64,000 nt of DNA from Microcoleus sp. (GCA_042408215.1 JAYFMW010000021.1:8683-72682); one strand, 5' to 3'; counted from the first letter of the stretch, positions 20,707-32,413 are shown. The notes: generated from the letters alone by a model not told the origin. Translations and numbers: made by a program.

Positions 20707-21042
20707 ATTGGGAATGGGGAATGGGGAATGGGGAATGGGGAATGGGGAATTGGGAATTGGGAATGGGGAATTGGGAATGGGGAATTGGGAATGGGGAATT
20801 GGGAATGGGGAATTACTAATCCTTTCCTTTTCCTAATAACGAATAACCAATAACGAATAACCAATAACTAATGACTAATGACTACTGACTACTGACTACT
20901 GACTAATGACTAATGACTACTGACTAATGACTACTGACTACTGACTACTGACTAATGACTAATGACTACTGACTAATGACTAATGACTACTGACTACTGA
21001 CTACTGACTAATGACTAATGACTAATGACTACTGACTAATGA
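20707..21042. repeat. STRR arrays (GGGAATG/T)n, (TAACCAA)n and (TGACTAA/C)n
   Basis: Heptamer tandem repeats. Confidence 0.9.
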
Positions 21043-21684
21043 CTAATGACTCCCTTCGTCTTCCTTCCAGCGTTTGAGAGGAACGCAATCAATACCCAAC
21101 TGATCTAAAGTACGAGCCACCACAAAGTCTACCAAATCTTCAATAGTTTGCGGATTGTGATACCAAGCAGGAATCGCTGGTACAATTCTAGCTCCAGCTT
21201 CCGCCAAGGTAGTCAAATTCCGCAGGTGAATCAAGCTAAAAGGCGTTTCGCGAGGCACGAGTACCAATTTTCGCCCTTCCTTGAGCTGAACATCAGCCGC
21301 TCTTTCCAGCAAATCCGAACTCAAGCCAGCCGCCAACTTGCCCAGTGTACTCATGCTACAGGGAATAATTATCATCCCTTGGCTGCGAAACGAGCCACTA
21401 GCAATATTAGCACCGACATCTTGCCAGGGATGACACCGGAGTTTACCCATTGTCGGGACTCCCGCTTGTGCCCGCCAGAATTCCTCTTGAAGCGTCGGTT
21501 CTGCGGGCATTCGGGTGTTCTGTTCGCTTTGCCAAACCATGTAGGTAGACTTGGAAGCCACGAGTTCGATCGCGCGATCGGCTTCCAAGAGATATTTGAG
21601 AGTTCGCACCGCGTAAATCAGTCCCGATGCACCGGTAACTCCTACGATCAGGGGTTGGGCGGGGACTGAAACAGAATTAGTCAT
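21043..21684 (-). CDS. ubiX: Flavin prenyltransferase UbiX
   Basis: GVTGASG, IASGS, PCSMSTL, RAADV.LKE and PRETP motifs. Confidence 0.93.
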   Translation of the reverse strand: MTNSVSVPAQPLIVGVTGASGLIYAVRTLKYLLEADRAIELVASKSTYMVWQSEQNTRMPAEPTLQEEFWRAQAGVPTMGKLRCHPWQDVGANIASGSFRSQGMIIIPCSMSTLGKLAAGLSSDLLERAADVQLKEGRKLVLVPRETPFSLIHLRNLTTLAEAGARIVPAIPAWYHNPQTIEDLVDFVVARTLDQLGIDCVPLKRWKEDEGSH

Positions 21685-21755
21685 GGGCAACGATCCAGCA
21701 ATAAGCTCACTAATTATAGCGCGATCGAATTACCCCAACATTGCCGATTCAATAT

Positions 21756-21892
21756 TATAGCAATCCTAAATCAGTTGTGTAATTGTTGTAGGGGCAATCC
21801 GACCCCTACTCCCCGTGGTTGCCCGCTTATGTTGGGGTAGGCACGGGGGCACTACCCCTACAAATCCTCATGAATGATTTAGGATTGCTATA
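21756..21892. mobile_element. 137-bp MITE with 18-bp terminal inverted repeats and an internal GTAGGGG REP-like hairpin
   Basis: Ends TATAGCAATCCTAAATCA ... TGATTTAGGATTGCTATA. Confidence 0.75.
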
Positions 21893-22010
21893 GTTATCTA
21901 CTTCTGCCTTCTTCCTTCTCTTTTCTTCCTTCGCGTCCTTCGCGTCTTCGCGGTTCGTTCAATAATACTAATTCTTCGGGCCCGAAAGCACTAAAGTTAT
22001 GAATGTCGCC

Positions 22011-23366
22011 TTAATCCTGAATATTTTTTGGCTTGATTTTATCTACAATCAGCCACAAGCCATATCCAGCCAGAAGACAAATTATTGGCATAATGGGAAG
22101 GCGAAACCTATGGCTGCCAACTATCCCACCTGATACAGTCAGGAAGTAGACAGCGACGCTGACAAGGGTAATCATTGACAGATTATTCAGGAATCTCTTT
22201 GATAGTAATGCTGTGGCTGCACCTAAAAGATATACGCCTGATAATAATGACAAGCTTAAATTAGTCCAAAATATGATATATCTGTATCGATCGAGATTTT
22301 GATATGAAGGAGTGAGCGATCGATCGAAGCGCCCCACGAATAGTGGTACATATCGGTTTGCTGGGGTCTGAACTAAAGTCGCGAACATTCCTTTTAAATG
22401 GATTATTGAGTAAGTTAAAGGCTGACTCAAAATCATCTTTTTTCCTTCTTTACCCATGTAACGGTAAATTTGAGCCTGACTCCACTGTCGCTGTTCAGGA
22501 TGAAGCATAAAATATTTCTCGTGTTTAGTACACCCCAATTGTTCGTGGCTATCTTCAAACTCTATACTTTTTTGGTAAGCGATTAAAGCAGCTCCATTAT
22601 AGCAATATAGGTTGTAATCAGAAACAGCAGCAAATCCAGAATATCCTGCTTTTACATAGTTTCTGATTTGCCAAATACCAACGCTACCCATCGCCACTAC
22701 CAAAAAAATACAGGTATGAATAATGAAAAATTTCCTTGCCTGCATTTTTTTTAAATTCCAGACTAGGAGGATAGCAGTTATCAGGAAAGGCAAATAATAT
22801 CCGATAGGCCTGACATAAATAGATGCTGCTAAAGTCATAGCTGCCAAAGCCAGGTGTTTTCCTGACTTATTCTTGAAGTATTCTAACAGCAGCTTCAAAA
22901 ACAAAGTTAATAAAGTTGTATGTAAAGTCTCAGACATTAAAAAAGCTGACCTGAGTATTGGCAAGGGTTCAATGGCATATAGTAAAGCACATAAAATGGC
23001 AATTTCATCTTTTTTAAAGAGGAGCAAAGCAATTTTGTAGATCAGATATACAGTCAAACAATCTAGAATTATCTGAATAAAAATTGTCACATTTTCCACA
23101 TGACCTACTAATAGTCCGGGAATTAGTAGTAAAGGATAGCCAGGAGTGCGAAATAGTTCTGGTCGATCGTCAATGTTTAAAAACTGACCGAATTCTATTA
23201 GCTTTTTTGCAGGGATTATGAATGACAATGTATCACCTCTATTAAACATTTCTAAATCTTGGGTAATACTCAAAGCTAAAACAGGCAGTAATAACCTCAT
23301 CAATAAAGCGACTAACAGCACTCCCCAGATTGTAAAACTAAAGCCAGAATCTTTTGTATTTTTCAT
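22011..23366 (-). CDS. GT-C (ArnT/PMT-2, family 39-like) membrane glycosyltransferase
   Basis: Polytopic membrane protein with FRTPGYP, LMSETL, YVRP and RFRLPIMP motifs. Confidence 0.8.
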   Translation of the reverse strand: MKNTKDSGFSFTIWGVLLVALLMRLLLPVLALSITQDLEMFNRGDTLSFIIPAKKLIEFGQFLNIDDRPELFRTPGYPLLLIPGLLVGHVENVTIFIQIILDCLTVYLIYKIALLLFKKDEIAILCALLYAIEPLPILRSAFLMSETLHTTLLTLFLKLLLEYFKNKSGKHLALAAMTLAASIYVRPIGYYLPFLITAILLVWNLKKMQARKFFIIHTCIFLVVAMGSVGIWQIRNYVKAGYSGFAAVSDYNLYCYNGAALIAYQKSIEFEDSHEQLGCTKHEKYFMLHPEQRQWSQAQIYRYMGKEGKKMILSQPLTYSIIHLKGMFATLVQTPANRYVPLFVGRFDRSLTPSYQNLDRYRYIIFWTNLSLSLLSGVYLLGAATALLSKRFLNNLSMITLVSVAVYFLTVSGGIVGSHRFRLPIMPIICLLAGYGLWLIVDKIKPKNIQD

Positions 23367-23563
23367 CTATTTAATCCTCATTGAAAGCAATAAATACTCT
23401 GTTAATACTGCATATTTGATCGGGACTTACGCAGGGGTAGTCAGAAACCGGGTTTTTTACCAAATCTGTGGGTTATAACGAAGTATTGTCGTAAAAAACC
23501 CGGTTTCTCAGTCCCAATGCGTCCTGGACTATTTGATGTGAAAACTACCAGCTATATATCTCC

Positions 23564-24959
23564 TTACTCCTGAATATTTTTTGGCTTAATTTTATCTACA
23601 ATCAGCCACAAGCCATATCCACCCAGCAGACAGATTATTGGCATAATGGCAAGGCGAAACCTATAGCCACCAGCAACCCCACCGGATACAGCAAGGAAGT
23701 ATACGGCTATGCTAACAAGCGCGATCATTGCCCTATTTTTCAGGAAATTACTGGATAGTAAGGCTGCGGTAACACCTAACAAATATGCTCCTGATATTAA
23801 TAACAAGCTTAAGTCAGCAAAAAAGACTAGAGACGAAAGGTGAAAATCACTAAATATTGCTTTCCAGCTTGTTTGACCAGTTAAAACTTTAGGAATTTTA
23901 GAGGAAGGACTTAGAGCCGGATTACGTTGCTTAGTGAATCGTTTTAGATACAGCTTTGCGGGTGTCTCAATCAAGGTTCTAAGAGTTCCTTCTAAATGAA
24001 CAATTGACGCATCCCAAGTATTGCTCATAATCATTTTCTTTCCCTTCTTTCCCCATGTAACGATAAATTTTGCTCTGACTCCATTCTTGCTGTTCGGGAT
24101 GAAAATTTAAATACTTTGCGGGATTATTACATCCAAGCTGTTCAGACATCTCTTCAAATGTTATATTTTTTTGTTTAGCAATTACAGATGCACCGTTATA
24201 GCAATATAGATTGTAATCAGAAACAGCCGCAAATGCCGAATATCCCGTTTTTACATAGTTCCTGACTTGCCAAATGCCAACGCTACCCATCGCGACTATA
24301 AAGAAGACGCAAGCATGAATCATCAAAATCTTATTTTTATGAATCTTTGTCAAGCTATCTATCAATAATATAGCAGCGATAAGGAAAGGTAAATAATACC
24401 CTATAGGTCGGACATAAATAGATGCAGCCAAGGTAATTGCTGCACATAGTAAATATTTCCACGACTTTTCAGTAAAGTATTTTATCAGTAGATACATGAA
24501 TAAGGTGATTAAGGCCGTAAACAGAGTTTCAGGCATCAGCAGCGTCAGCCATAGGATAGATACTGGTTCAACTGCGTACAGCAAGGCACAAAAAGTTGCA
24601 ATTTTGCTTTCACCCCAAATAGCCAATGCAATTTTATATATTAGAAATATCGTGAAGCAGCTCAGCATTATTTGAATGAAGATTGCCACAAGTTCTTGAT
24701 GACCTAATAAAATTCCTGGTATCAATAATAGTGGATAGCCAGGAGTGCGGAAGATTTCAGGCTGTACGCTATTTGCAAATTGACCTGACTCTATTAACTT
24801 TCTGGCTGTTATCAGGTATGATTCAGTGTCTAGAGTGTACGATCCTGATGTGTTGTTAATAGCAAGAACCACAATTGTTAATAAGCACCTCAGCAAAAAA
24901 GCTGTGGTCAGCACTCCCCTGATTGTAAAATTAAAGCCAGATATTTTTGTACTTTTCAT
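23564..24959 (-). pseudogene. Second GT-C glycosyltransferase paralog, frameshifted near 24040 (pseudogene or sequencing error)
   Basis: ORFs 23979-24959 and 23564-24034 align with the N- and C-terminal parts of 22011-23366. One extra base sits in the YMGKEGK^KMI region. Confidence 0.8.
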
Positions 24960-25142
24960 CTATTTAATCCTCATTTTAAGCAATAAATACTCTGTTAATA
25001 CTGCATATTTGATCGGGACTTACGCACGGGTAGTCAGAAACCTGGTTTTTTACCAAATCTGTGGGTTATAACTGAGATATTGCACCATTCTCAATTAGCC
25101 TTTTATGAACAGGCAAGATGCCTGTTCCACAAAAAAATTCAT

Positions 25143-26593
25143 CTATTGTGGAACAGGCATCTTGCCTGTTGCTGACGCAGCATCAACACTCGCTTCTTCA
25201 ACATATTCACTGTCAGAATTCACCTCCCAAAGGTCATGTTTCCCTGGGTTCAACACATTCTGGGCAGCTAAAATCCCCATCAACAAACTGTGGTCTTGGT
25301 TGTTATACTTAAAAGCACCATAACGACCGACAACTTGCAAATTCTCAAATTGCTTGATATAAGTTTGAATTTCTGATAAAATGTATTTGTAATCCCCTGC
25401 ATAAATTGGGTAAGTACGCGGCAAGCGAACTACAAAACCTCCCGCAATCTTCTCATCGCGAAGCAGCCCAATTTTTCTCAATTCTTGTTCGGCCAAACTC
25501 AAAAGTTCAGCTTCCGGCTGCCGCCACATCGGTTCGTCGAGGTTACACCAATATTCGCAGCATAAAGGCGTTTGGTGCTGGTTTGGTAGCATTTCCGGCG
25601 ACCAATTGGCAAAATTAGTTACCCTCCCGACGCTGACACTCGGCTCATTGATGTAAAGCCAGTTGTCCGGGAATAACTGGCTCCCTTCAACTATTAGATA
25701 AACGAGAACTGTGTTGCGAAACTTGAGCGATCGCGCCAATGATAAGATTTGCTTACGGGGGGGGGGGAAATCATTTGATTTACTAATGTATTCAGCGGGA
25801 CTGAGGAAATCACTGCACTACAGCGAACCGTTGACTCTACTCCGGTTTGGCGATTTCTCAGAGTGAGTTGAGTAACGCGACTGTTGTGCTCGTGCACCCA
25901 CACTACTTCTGTATTCAGGAGAATTTCCTGATTTTTTTCCAGTAGATAGTCGCTGATTTTGTCGTATAATTGCCCGGAGCCTAAACGGGGAAATTGAAAT
26001 TGATCGATTAGGCTTTTAACTTTGCCATCACTACCAAAAAAAGCGGTGCGAAGTGCTTTGAGCAGGGAAAGTCCTTTAATCCGCTGGGCGGCCCATTCAG
26101 CACTAATTTCAGTGCAGGGAATCCCCCAAAGTTTTTCTGTATAAGCTTCAAAAAATATTTCAAATAAACGCTTGCCAAATTTAGCTTCAACCCATTCTGC
26201 AAAATTTTTAGGGTGGCGGTTGGGTAACAGTTTTGCTACTAAATAAGAAAAAAAGATGCGGATATTTTCCACAATTCCCAAGGCAAATAAGACTTCAAAA
26301 GCTTTGAGGGGATAGCTAAAGTATTTGCCGTTATAGTAAATGCGGGTGAGGCGGCTGACTGTGACTTGTTCGGTGCCCAAAACTTCGTTCCAGAGTTTGA
26401 GGACGGGGGGAATTTTAGTGTAAAAACGGTGGGGGCCGAGGTCGAGAATAAATCCTTGGTACTCGATGCTTTTAGCGAGTCCGCCAACTTGCGATTCTCG
26501 CTCAACGATGACAACTGTTTGACCTTGCTGTGTGAGGGTATAAGCGGCAGCTAGACCGGCAGGCCCAGCCCCAAGTATGTATATTGGGGGCAC
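25143..26593 (-). pseudogene. FAD-dependent oxidoreductase (protoporphyrinogen oxidase / UDP-galactopyranose mutase-like), frameshifted at a G11 tract
   Basis: GAGPAG dinucleotide motif, DLGPHRF and the C-terminal GRYGAFKYNNQDHS. The two ORFs join if the G tract at 25757-25767 is 9 or 12 long. Confidence 0.8.
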
Positions 26594-26624
26594 GTTTTGC
26601 TGTTGATGAATTTTTTATAACTAA

Positions 26625-26695
26625 TAGACATCTCCCATAATTATTGTGGAACAGGCATCCTGCCTGTTCTTGACAAGCTTTTTAGGAGATGTCTA
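26625..26695. mobile_element. 71-bp MITE, copy 1 (TIR TAGACATCTCC)
   Basis: Ends TAGACATCTCC...GGAGATGTCTA; internal ACAGGCATCCTGCCTGT hairpin. Confidence 0.75.
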
Positions 26696-26794
26696 ATATT
26701 TTAGAGTAGCACAGTCTGTCAATGTTTCATATCAATTCCGGTAGCATCGGAATTATTAGTAGCCGAAATTAGGAGACTGCACGTCCCCTTCTTC

Positions 26795-27002
26795 GTGTCA
26801 ACTTAAGCCTGAAAGCCCTGAGAAATCTGGTTTTTACCTGAGTCTAGATCCCCCTAAATCCCCCTTAAGAAGGGAGTAGGGTGTGAGTAGGGGTTGACGA
26901 AAGATCGGACTCCTGTCCCCCCCTTCTTAAGGGGGGTTAGGGGGGATCTAGGGTTAATAGTCAAACAGTAGTCTGTGACAGGGTTTGGCCTTAAGTTGAC
27001 AC
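26795..27002. mobile_element. MITE with GTGTCAACTTAAG terminal inverted repeats, copy 1
   Basis: Near-identical to 31235-31421 in opposite orientation; internal CCCCTTAAGAAGGG hairpins. Confidence 0.75.
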
Positions 27003-27153
27003 TAATGGCTCTTGGAGTGTCCCTACAATATTATTTTGGGTAGGGACACTCCAAGAGCCTTGGACTCTATATCATTCCGGTGCAGTCGGAAACGATATTA
27101 CTGGTTATTTGTTACTGGTTATTTGCAGGAAATAACCAATAACCAATAACTAA

Positions 27154-27224
27154 TAGACATCTCCTAAAAAGCTTGTCAAGAACAGGCAGGATGCCTGTTC
27201 CACAATAATTATGGGAGATGTCTA
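27154..27224. mobile_element. 71-bp MITE, copy 2, inverted relative to copy 1 and inserted in an STRR array
   Basis: Reverse complement of 26625-26695. Confidence 0.75.
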
Positions 27225-27270
27225 ATAACTAATAACTAATGACTAATGACTAATGACTAATGACTAATGA

Positions 27271-29635
27271 CTATTCATCATCATCAAAAGCTTGACTACC
27301 GCCACCAACTGCAACTAAATCAATTTGCTGGCGATAGTAGTCAACACTCTTGACTTGAACTTCCACCCGATCGCCCAAACGGTACTGATTGCGGTTTTTG
27401 CGCCCGACGAGAGTTTGTTGGCGCGATCGATACTCATACCAATCATCCTTCAGCGAAGAAACGTGCACCAATCCTTCAACCCGCAGAAGTTCGCTCTCCG
27501 GCGGCCGCACCTCAATTTCCACAAAGAAACCGTAAGACTGAACACCTGTAATCAAACCCTGGAAAGTTTGCCCAGTGCGCTCTTTCATCAATCCCGTTTT
27601 CTTCAATCCTTGCAAATCGCTTTCAGCGTCCTCAGCAACCCTTTCCCGTTCCGTCAGGTGCACTACTACCGATGCGAACTCCGTCTCAAATTCGTGGTGT
27701 AAGTCTGGGGGGAGGACGTTCCAAGTAATTTGGCCGTGACAGGAGGAATGGTGCAAGTCAACTTTTTCCTTAGTCCTTGTTGTACGGCCGCTGCGGCCCT
27801 GCTCCAACACTGCTTGCAACAATCGCAACACCAGCAAATCGGCGTAGCGGGACAGCGGCGAAGTGCAGCGCGTGTAACCATCTTGCAAGGCTAAACCGAA
27901 GTGCGGCTTAGGAGTAGTGCTGTAAACAGCGGGCTTCATGGTGTCTTCCAGCAGGTAGGTGAGCACTCTTTCCGACTTCAATCCTGCAAACTGCTGCGTA
28001 AATCGCTGAAAGTCAAAGGGCAGAACTTCCTCTTCGTTTTCTAGATACAGTTCGCCTCCGAGGTTGTTGGACAGTTTGATGAACTCTTGAATGTCTGCCG
28101 GATCTGGCATGGGCTGGACGCGGTAAATTCCGGGTACTCCCAAGGCTTGCAGGTGGGTGGCTACTGCTTGGTTGGCTAGTACGACTAATTCGGCGACGGC
28201 AGACTGGGCGCGGGGGGCGATCGCAAAAGCCCCCAGTTCCCCTTCATCGTCGAAGTGAGAGTTGGCATCGGGCAAATTTAGTTCAAAAGCTCCCCGCTGG
28301 AGTCTCGCCTGTCTGGCGGCCTGTGAGGCTGCGGAGATTTGATCTAGGAAAGGACGAAGGGCGGAGGACAAAGGGTCATCGGAGCGAGATTCGAGTATTG
28401 CTTCTGCTTCCTTGATAGCTGAGTTGGTAGTCAATTTGAATGACGCTGGTTTGAATTTCGTATTCAGCGAGGGCCCCTGATTCGTCAAGGGTCAGCAGCA
28501 CGCTGAAGGCCAGCCGTTCGGTGTCTGGCAGCAAAGAGCAGCGCTCGTTCACGATTTCTGGCAGCACGGCGATGATTTTTGATCCCAGATGGGGGGCGGT
28601 GCCTCGCTTGCGGGCTTCGCGGTCGATCGGGGTTTCTGGCTGCACGTACTCGGCGGCGTCGGCGATGTGAATTCCCACTCGCCAACCTCCCGACTTGAGG
28701 GTTTCAATGGAGAGGGCACGTTCGACTGGTGGATCGGACAGGAATGAGGCCGGGTCAAACTCGTTCTCGTTTTCGGCTGGGTCGGAGAAAGTTTCCTCCC
28801 CAATTGTTTCAGGATTATTTTCGCTTTGGGTTTCTTCCAGTTGGTTTTTGCTGAAGGTAATGGTGAGGATGTCTCGCAAATCTAAGCGTTTTTTGATGTC
28901 GGTTTTTTTGAGTTTGCTGGGCAAATTTTCGGCTGCTTTGATGACTGCGGGCGGGAACGATCGCGGCAAGTCGTGTTTGCAGCATACGATGTCGAGGTCG
29001 TCAGCGGCTTCGGCGTCGGAACCGAGTACCTGTACTACTTTTCCGACTGGGCGGTGGGTGCCGAGGGGATAGCGCTTGACTTCGACGTGCACCAAATGGT
29101 CGATCGCCTCTTGGAGATTGATGCCGTTTGCCAGTAAGTCTAGTTCAAACAGCAGGCGATCGTCCAGGGGAATTGCTCTGTAGCTGAGGCGGCCGGTGGG
29201 GGTGGCTGTTTGCTTGACTCTGGCGAGTACCGAGGGGTTGGCGCGTTCGAGTATCAGCATGACTTCGCCTTCGGGGGAACGGCGGCGGCTACCTTCTTTA
29301 ATGATTTTGACTAAGACTCGATCGCCATTCCATGCTGTTGAGAGATGACTTTCCCGCACGTAAACGTCTTCTGAGCCTTCGGCGTCTTGAATTGCGAAGC
29401 AAAATCCTTTGCTTGAACAGCGCAGTTTTGCTTCTACCACATCGTCTTCAGTTACTCGGCGATATCGACCTTTATCTTTGACTAAAATGCCAATTTTCTC
29501 TAGAGCTTCTAATGCGATTTGAAGTTTGAGTTGACTGGTGGCGTCATTGCAGTCGAGTTTTTTCTCTAATGCTTTGGGAGCCACTAATTTGTCTTCTGTA
29601 AAATTTGCCAACAGTGCAGCGATAGAAAATTCCAT
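27271..29635 (-). CDS. rnr: Ribonuclease R (RNase II/RNB family), apparent +1 frameshift near 28410
   Basis: Cold-shock domains (KGFCF, AWNGDRV), RNB (HFGLA, TSPLSRYADL) and S1 (GFFVE, EGLVHVSSL). One extra base in YQ^EAEAIL splits it into two ORFs. Start is ATG 29635. Confidence 0.85.
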
Positions 29636-30117
29636 GTAGCGATCGATCCTCTTTTTTCCAGCAATTAGTCTAATTTTGGCGAAATCGACCGCGCCCTCTC
29701 CCGCCGGAGCGAACGTGCTTCCCAACGAACTATCGGGCGCGGGTTAGTAGGTTGAGACAAGCACAGCCACCCAGTTTGAGCGCGGGGATTTTTTTTGAAA
29801 TTCTTTCCCGACGCCGGTGGCGGCCAATTTTCTGCTGTCTGTCTTCAACTGACTTCTGACGGTGCAGAAAACTGTCTTTTACCCTTACTACTTTTGCTTA
29901 CTTGCTTAGTCATTTCCGATAGTAGGTAGAAATGACGCCCGGTGGCTGTTAGCTTAAACCGCCGGATGTGGGATGGGGTTTAGTGGCGTGAAAAGTTGCG
30001 CGGATGATTCACCTTATAATTTATTGTATGTTGAATAGGTGATTTCAGAAAAATGTTTTCTCTGGTCTGTACTACACTTAATTCATCAGCCCCCTCTGGT
30101 TTCGGGGTCAAAACATT

Positions 30118-31098
30118 ATGTTTGCTCAATTTCGCACCCTTTATCCAACTGGACAGTTGATCTGTGAATTGCTGACTGTTCATCACGGTAAGTTTGTTGT
30201 TCGCTCTCTGGTTCAGGTTGACGGCAAAACTCTCGCTACGGGTATGTCGGCTGCTGAGTCTGTTGAGGAGGCTGAAGACCGCGCCCGGTTGCGATCGCTC
30301 GCTGTCCTCGGATTTGATGCGGCTACACCTGCGACGATCGCCAATGTTTCTCCCTCTCCCGTGGCTGTTGTTCCGGCTCCGGCTCCGGCTCCCGTTGCTG
30401 TTCCGGCTCCCGTTGCTGTTCCGGCTCCCGTTGCTGTTCCGGCTCCCGTTGCAGCTCCTGTCTTAGAAAAGCCTCTTACCAATGACAATTTTGCTATATC
30501 ACATCAGAGCAGTTTTGTCAATAGTCAATCGCAATTAATCGAAGAGGCGATCGCACCAGTACCGACTCCAACCCATAGCTCAGGATTGCAGCCAATTGTC
30601 GATCGGGCTGTGACAGGATCTAGAGAGGAATTCGACTCTTCTGACGCTTGGCTTTCTTCCAGCTACGGGGAACCGCGACCGGAACCGTCCATACCAAGGG
30701 CTAACCAAACTGAACTTTTACAGGGCGCAGCCGAAGTCAGGGAATTGGAACCGATGTCTGTTGGGATTCCGAGTGATGCGATCGAGGATATTTCTGAGAC
30801 GATCGCCCAAATAGACGCGACTCTCAAGCGCCTGAAATGGACTAAAAAACAAGAAAATGACTGTCTGCAACACAATTACGGCAAACCGTCCCAAGGACTG
30901 CTGTCAGCAGCAGACTTGGTAGATTATCTCGAATATCTGGAAATCTACAGCAGAACGACTGAGGAAATCAAGCGTTTGGGCTGGAGTAGCAGTCAAGGAA
31001 AGGATTATCTCAAACAAGCTTACGGCCAGGAAGCGCGACACTTCTTAAATAGAGAAGAATTGCTCGACTTCCTCCAATATCTCGAATCTTTGCCATAA
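30118..31098 (+). CDS. Hypothetical cyanobacterial protein with a Pro/Ala/Val-rich linker
   Basis: 326-aa ORF; 18-bp tandem repeat encoding PAPVAV at ~30362-30460; duplicated C-terminal LxW...YG...L motif. Confidence 0.75.
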   Translation: MFAQFRTLYPTGQLICELLTVHHGKFVVRSLVQVDGKTLATGMSAAESVEEAEDRARLRSLAVLGFDAATPATIANVSPSPVAVVPAPAPAPVAVPAPVAVPAPVAVPAPVAAPVLEKPLTNDNFAISHQSSFVNSQSQLIEEAIAPVPTPTHSSGLQPIVDRAVTGSREEFDSSDAWLSSSYGEPRPEPSIPRANQTELLQGAAEVRELEPMSVGIPSDAIEDISETIAQIDATLKRLKWTKKQENDCLQHNYGKPSQGLLSAADLVDYLEYLEIYSRTTEEIKRLGWSSSQGKDYLKQAYGQEARHFLNREELLDFLQYLESLP

Positions 31099-31234
31099 GT
31101 GCGATCGGATATAACCATCGACAACACAGCAAGGGAAGAAACGGCAATGCCGTTTCCCTACCCCAAAATAATCGATCGCTCTCTAGGATGTAACCATCGC
31201 GCGATTAATTGTAGGGAAACGGCACTGCCCATTG

Positions 31235-31421
31235 GTGTCAACTTAAGGCCAAACCCTGTCACAGACTACTGTTTGACGATTAAGGCCAGATCCCCCCTAA
31301 CCCCCCTTAAGAAGGGGGGGACAGGAGTCCGATCAAAGTCCCCCTTCTTAAGGGGGATTTAGGGGGATCTAGACTCAGGTAAAAACCAGATTTCTCAGGG
31401 CTTTCAGGCTTAAGTTGACAC
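31235..31421. mobile_element. MITE with GTGTCAACTTAAG terminal inverted repeats, copy 2, nested in a GTAGGG REP
   Basis: Extended TIR GCCCATTGGTGTCAACTTAAG...CTTAAGTTGACACCAATGGGC. Confidence 0.8.
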
Positions 31422-31496
31422 CAATGGGCACGCTTGAGTGTCCTGACTGTGGGTAATATCAATTCCTATGCCACCGGAATTGATATTACTGGTAAT

Positions 31497-32105
31497 TTAG
31501 ACAACGGCGGCGATCGGACGAGTTGCAGAAGGACGGCGATCGATCACTTGATCCACTAAACCGTATTCCTTTGCTTCTTCGGCGGACATGAAGAAATCCC
31601 GTTCGGTATCTTCTTCAATGCGCGATAGAGGCTGACCGGTATGATTTGCCAAAAATTCGTTCAGGCGGCGTTTGTGATACAAAATCTCTTTGGCCTGAAT
31701 TTCAATATCCGTTGCTTGTCCCTGAGCTCCCCCTAAAGGTTGATGGATCATAATCCGGGTGTGAGGCAGACTCATGCGCTTGCCTTTAGCCCCCGCACTC
31801 AACAGAAAAGCGCCCATGCTGGCGGCCAAACCGAGACAAATGGTGCAAACATCAGGGCGGATGTGGTTCATGGTGTCAAAAATGCCCATACCAGCCGTCA
31901 CCGAACCCCCAGGGGAGTTGATATAGAGGTAAATATCTTTCTCTGGGTCTTCGGCGTCTAAAAATAGCAATTGGGCGACGATCAGGTTAGCCAAGTCTGA
32001 GTCTACCTGTTGGCCCAAGAAGACGATGCGATCGCGCAGGAGTCGCGAGTAGATATCAAAAGCGCGTTCGCCGCGACCGGATTGTTCTATAACTGTTGGG
32101 ATCAT
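31497..32105 (-). CDS. clpP: ATP-dependent Clp protease proteolytic subunit
   Basis: [24 protein letters not shown] (catalytic Ser), MIHQP and ERDFFMSA. Confidence 0.97.
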   Translation of the reverse strand: MIPTVIEQSGRGERAFDIYSRLLRDRIVFLGQQVDSDLANLIVAQLLFLDAEDPEKDIYLYINSPGGSVTAGMGIFDTMNHIRPDVCTICLGLAASMGAFLLSAGAKGKRMSLPHTRIMIHQPLGGAQGQATDIEIQAKEILYHKRRLNEFLANHTGQPLSRIEEDTERDFFMSAEEAKEYGLVDQVIDRRPSATRPIAAVV

Positions 32106-32209
32106 TGACAGGGCCTGCCTATTTACGTCTCTTTTTTTAATTTTAGCGGGTGGGGCTTATTTGTAGTTAGGGATTCGTGGCGGGCGATCGGCTTTTATCG
32201 GCAAAATCC

Positions 32210-32413
32210 TTAATTTCGCGCGGTTTGAGGCATGATCGAGTTCATAGTCGAAACTTGAACAGGTGCGATTTCCTGACTCTCTGGAAAAAGTGTAATTGCA
32301 TATTGCAAAGAAAAGGTTGTTACATCGAGACGATCTTCCTCAGTCCAGGTATCACTTTGCTCGAATAGTCTGTTAATTTCCATCGCTAAATCCCCACTGG
32401 AATTCCATCCCAT
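32210..32413 (-). CDS. Possible small hypothetical protein or gene remnant
   Basis: The segment SDTWTEEDRLDVTTFSLQYA looks protein-like. There is no other support. Confidence 0.25.
   Translation of the reverse strand: MGWNSSGDLAMEINRLFEQSDTWTEEDRLDVTTFSLQYAITLFPESQEIAPVQVSTMNSIMPQTARN

Noticed and set aside
29636..29725. N-terminal extensions of rnr (also ycf46 61664-61762 and the kinase 6119-6220)
   Set aside because: Downstream ATGs fit the domain starts better.
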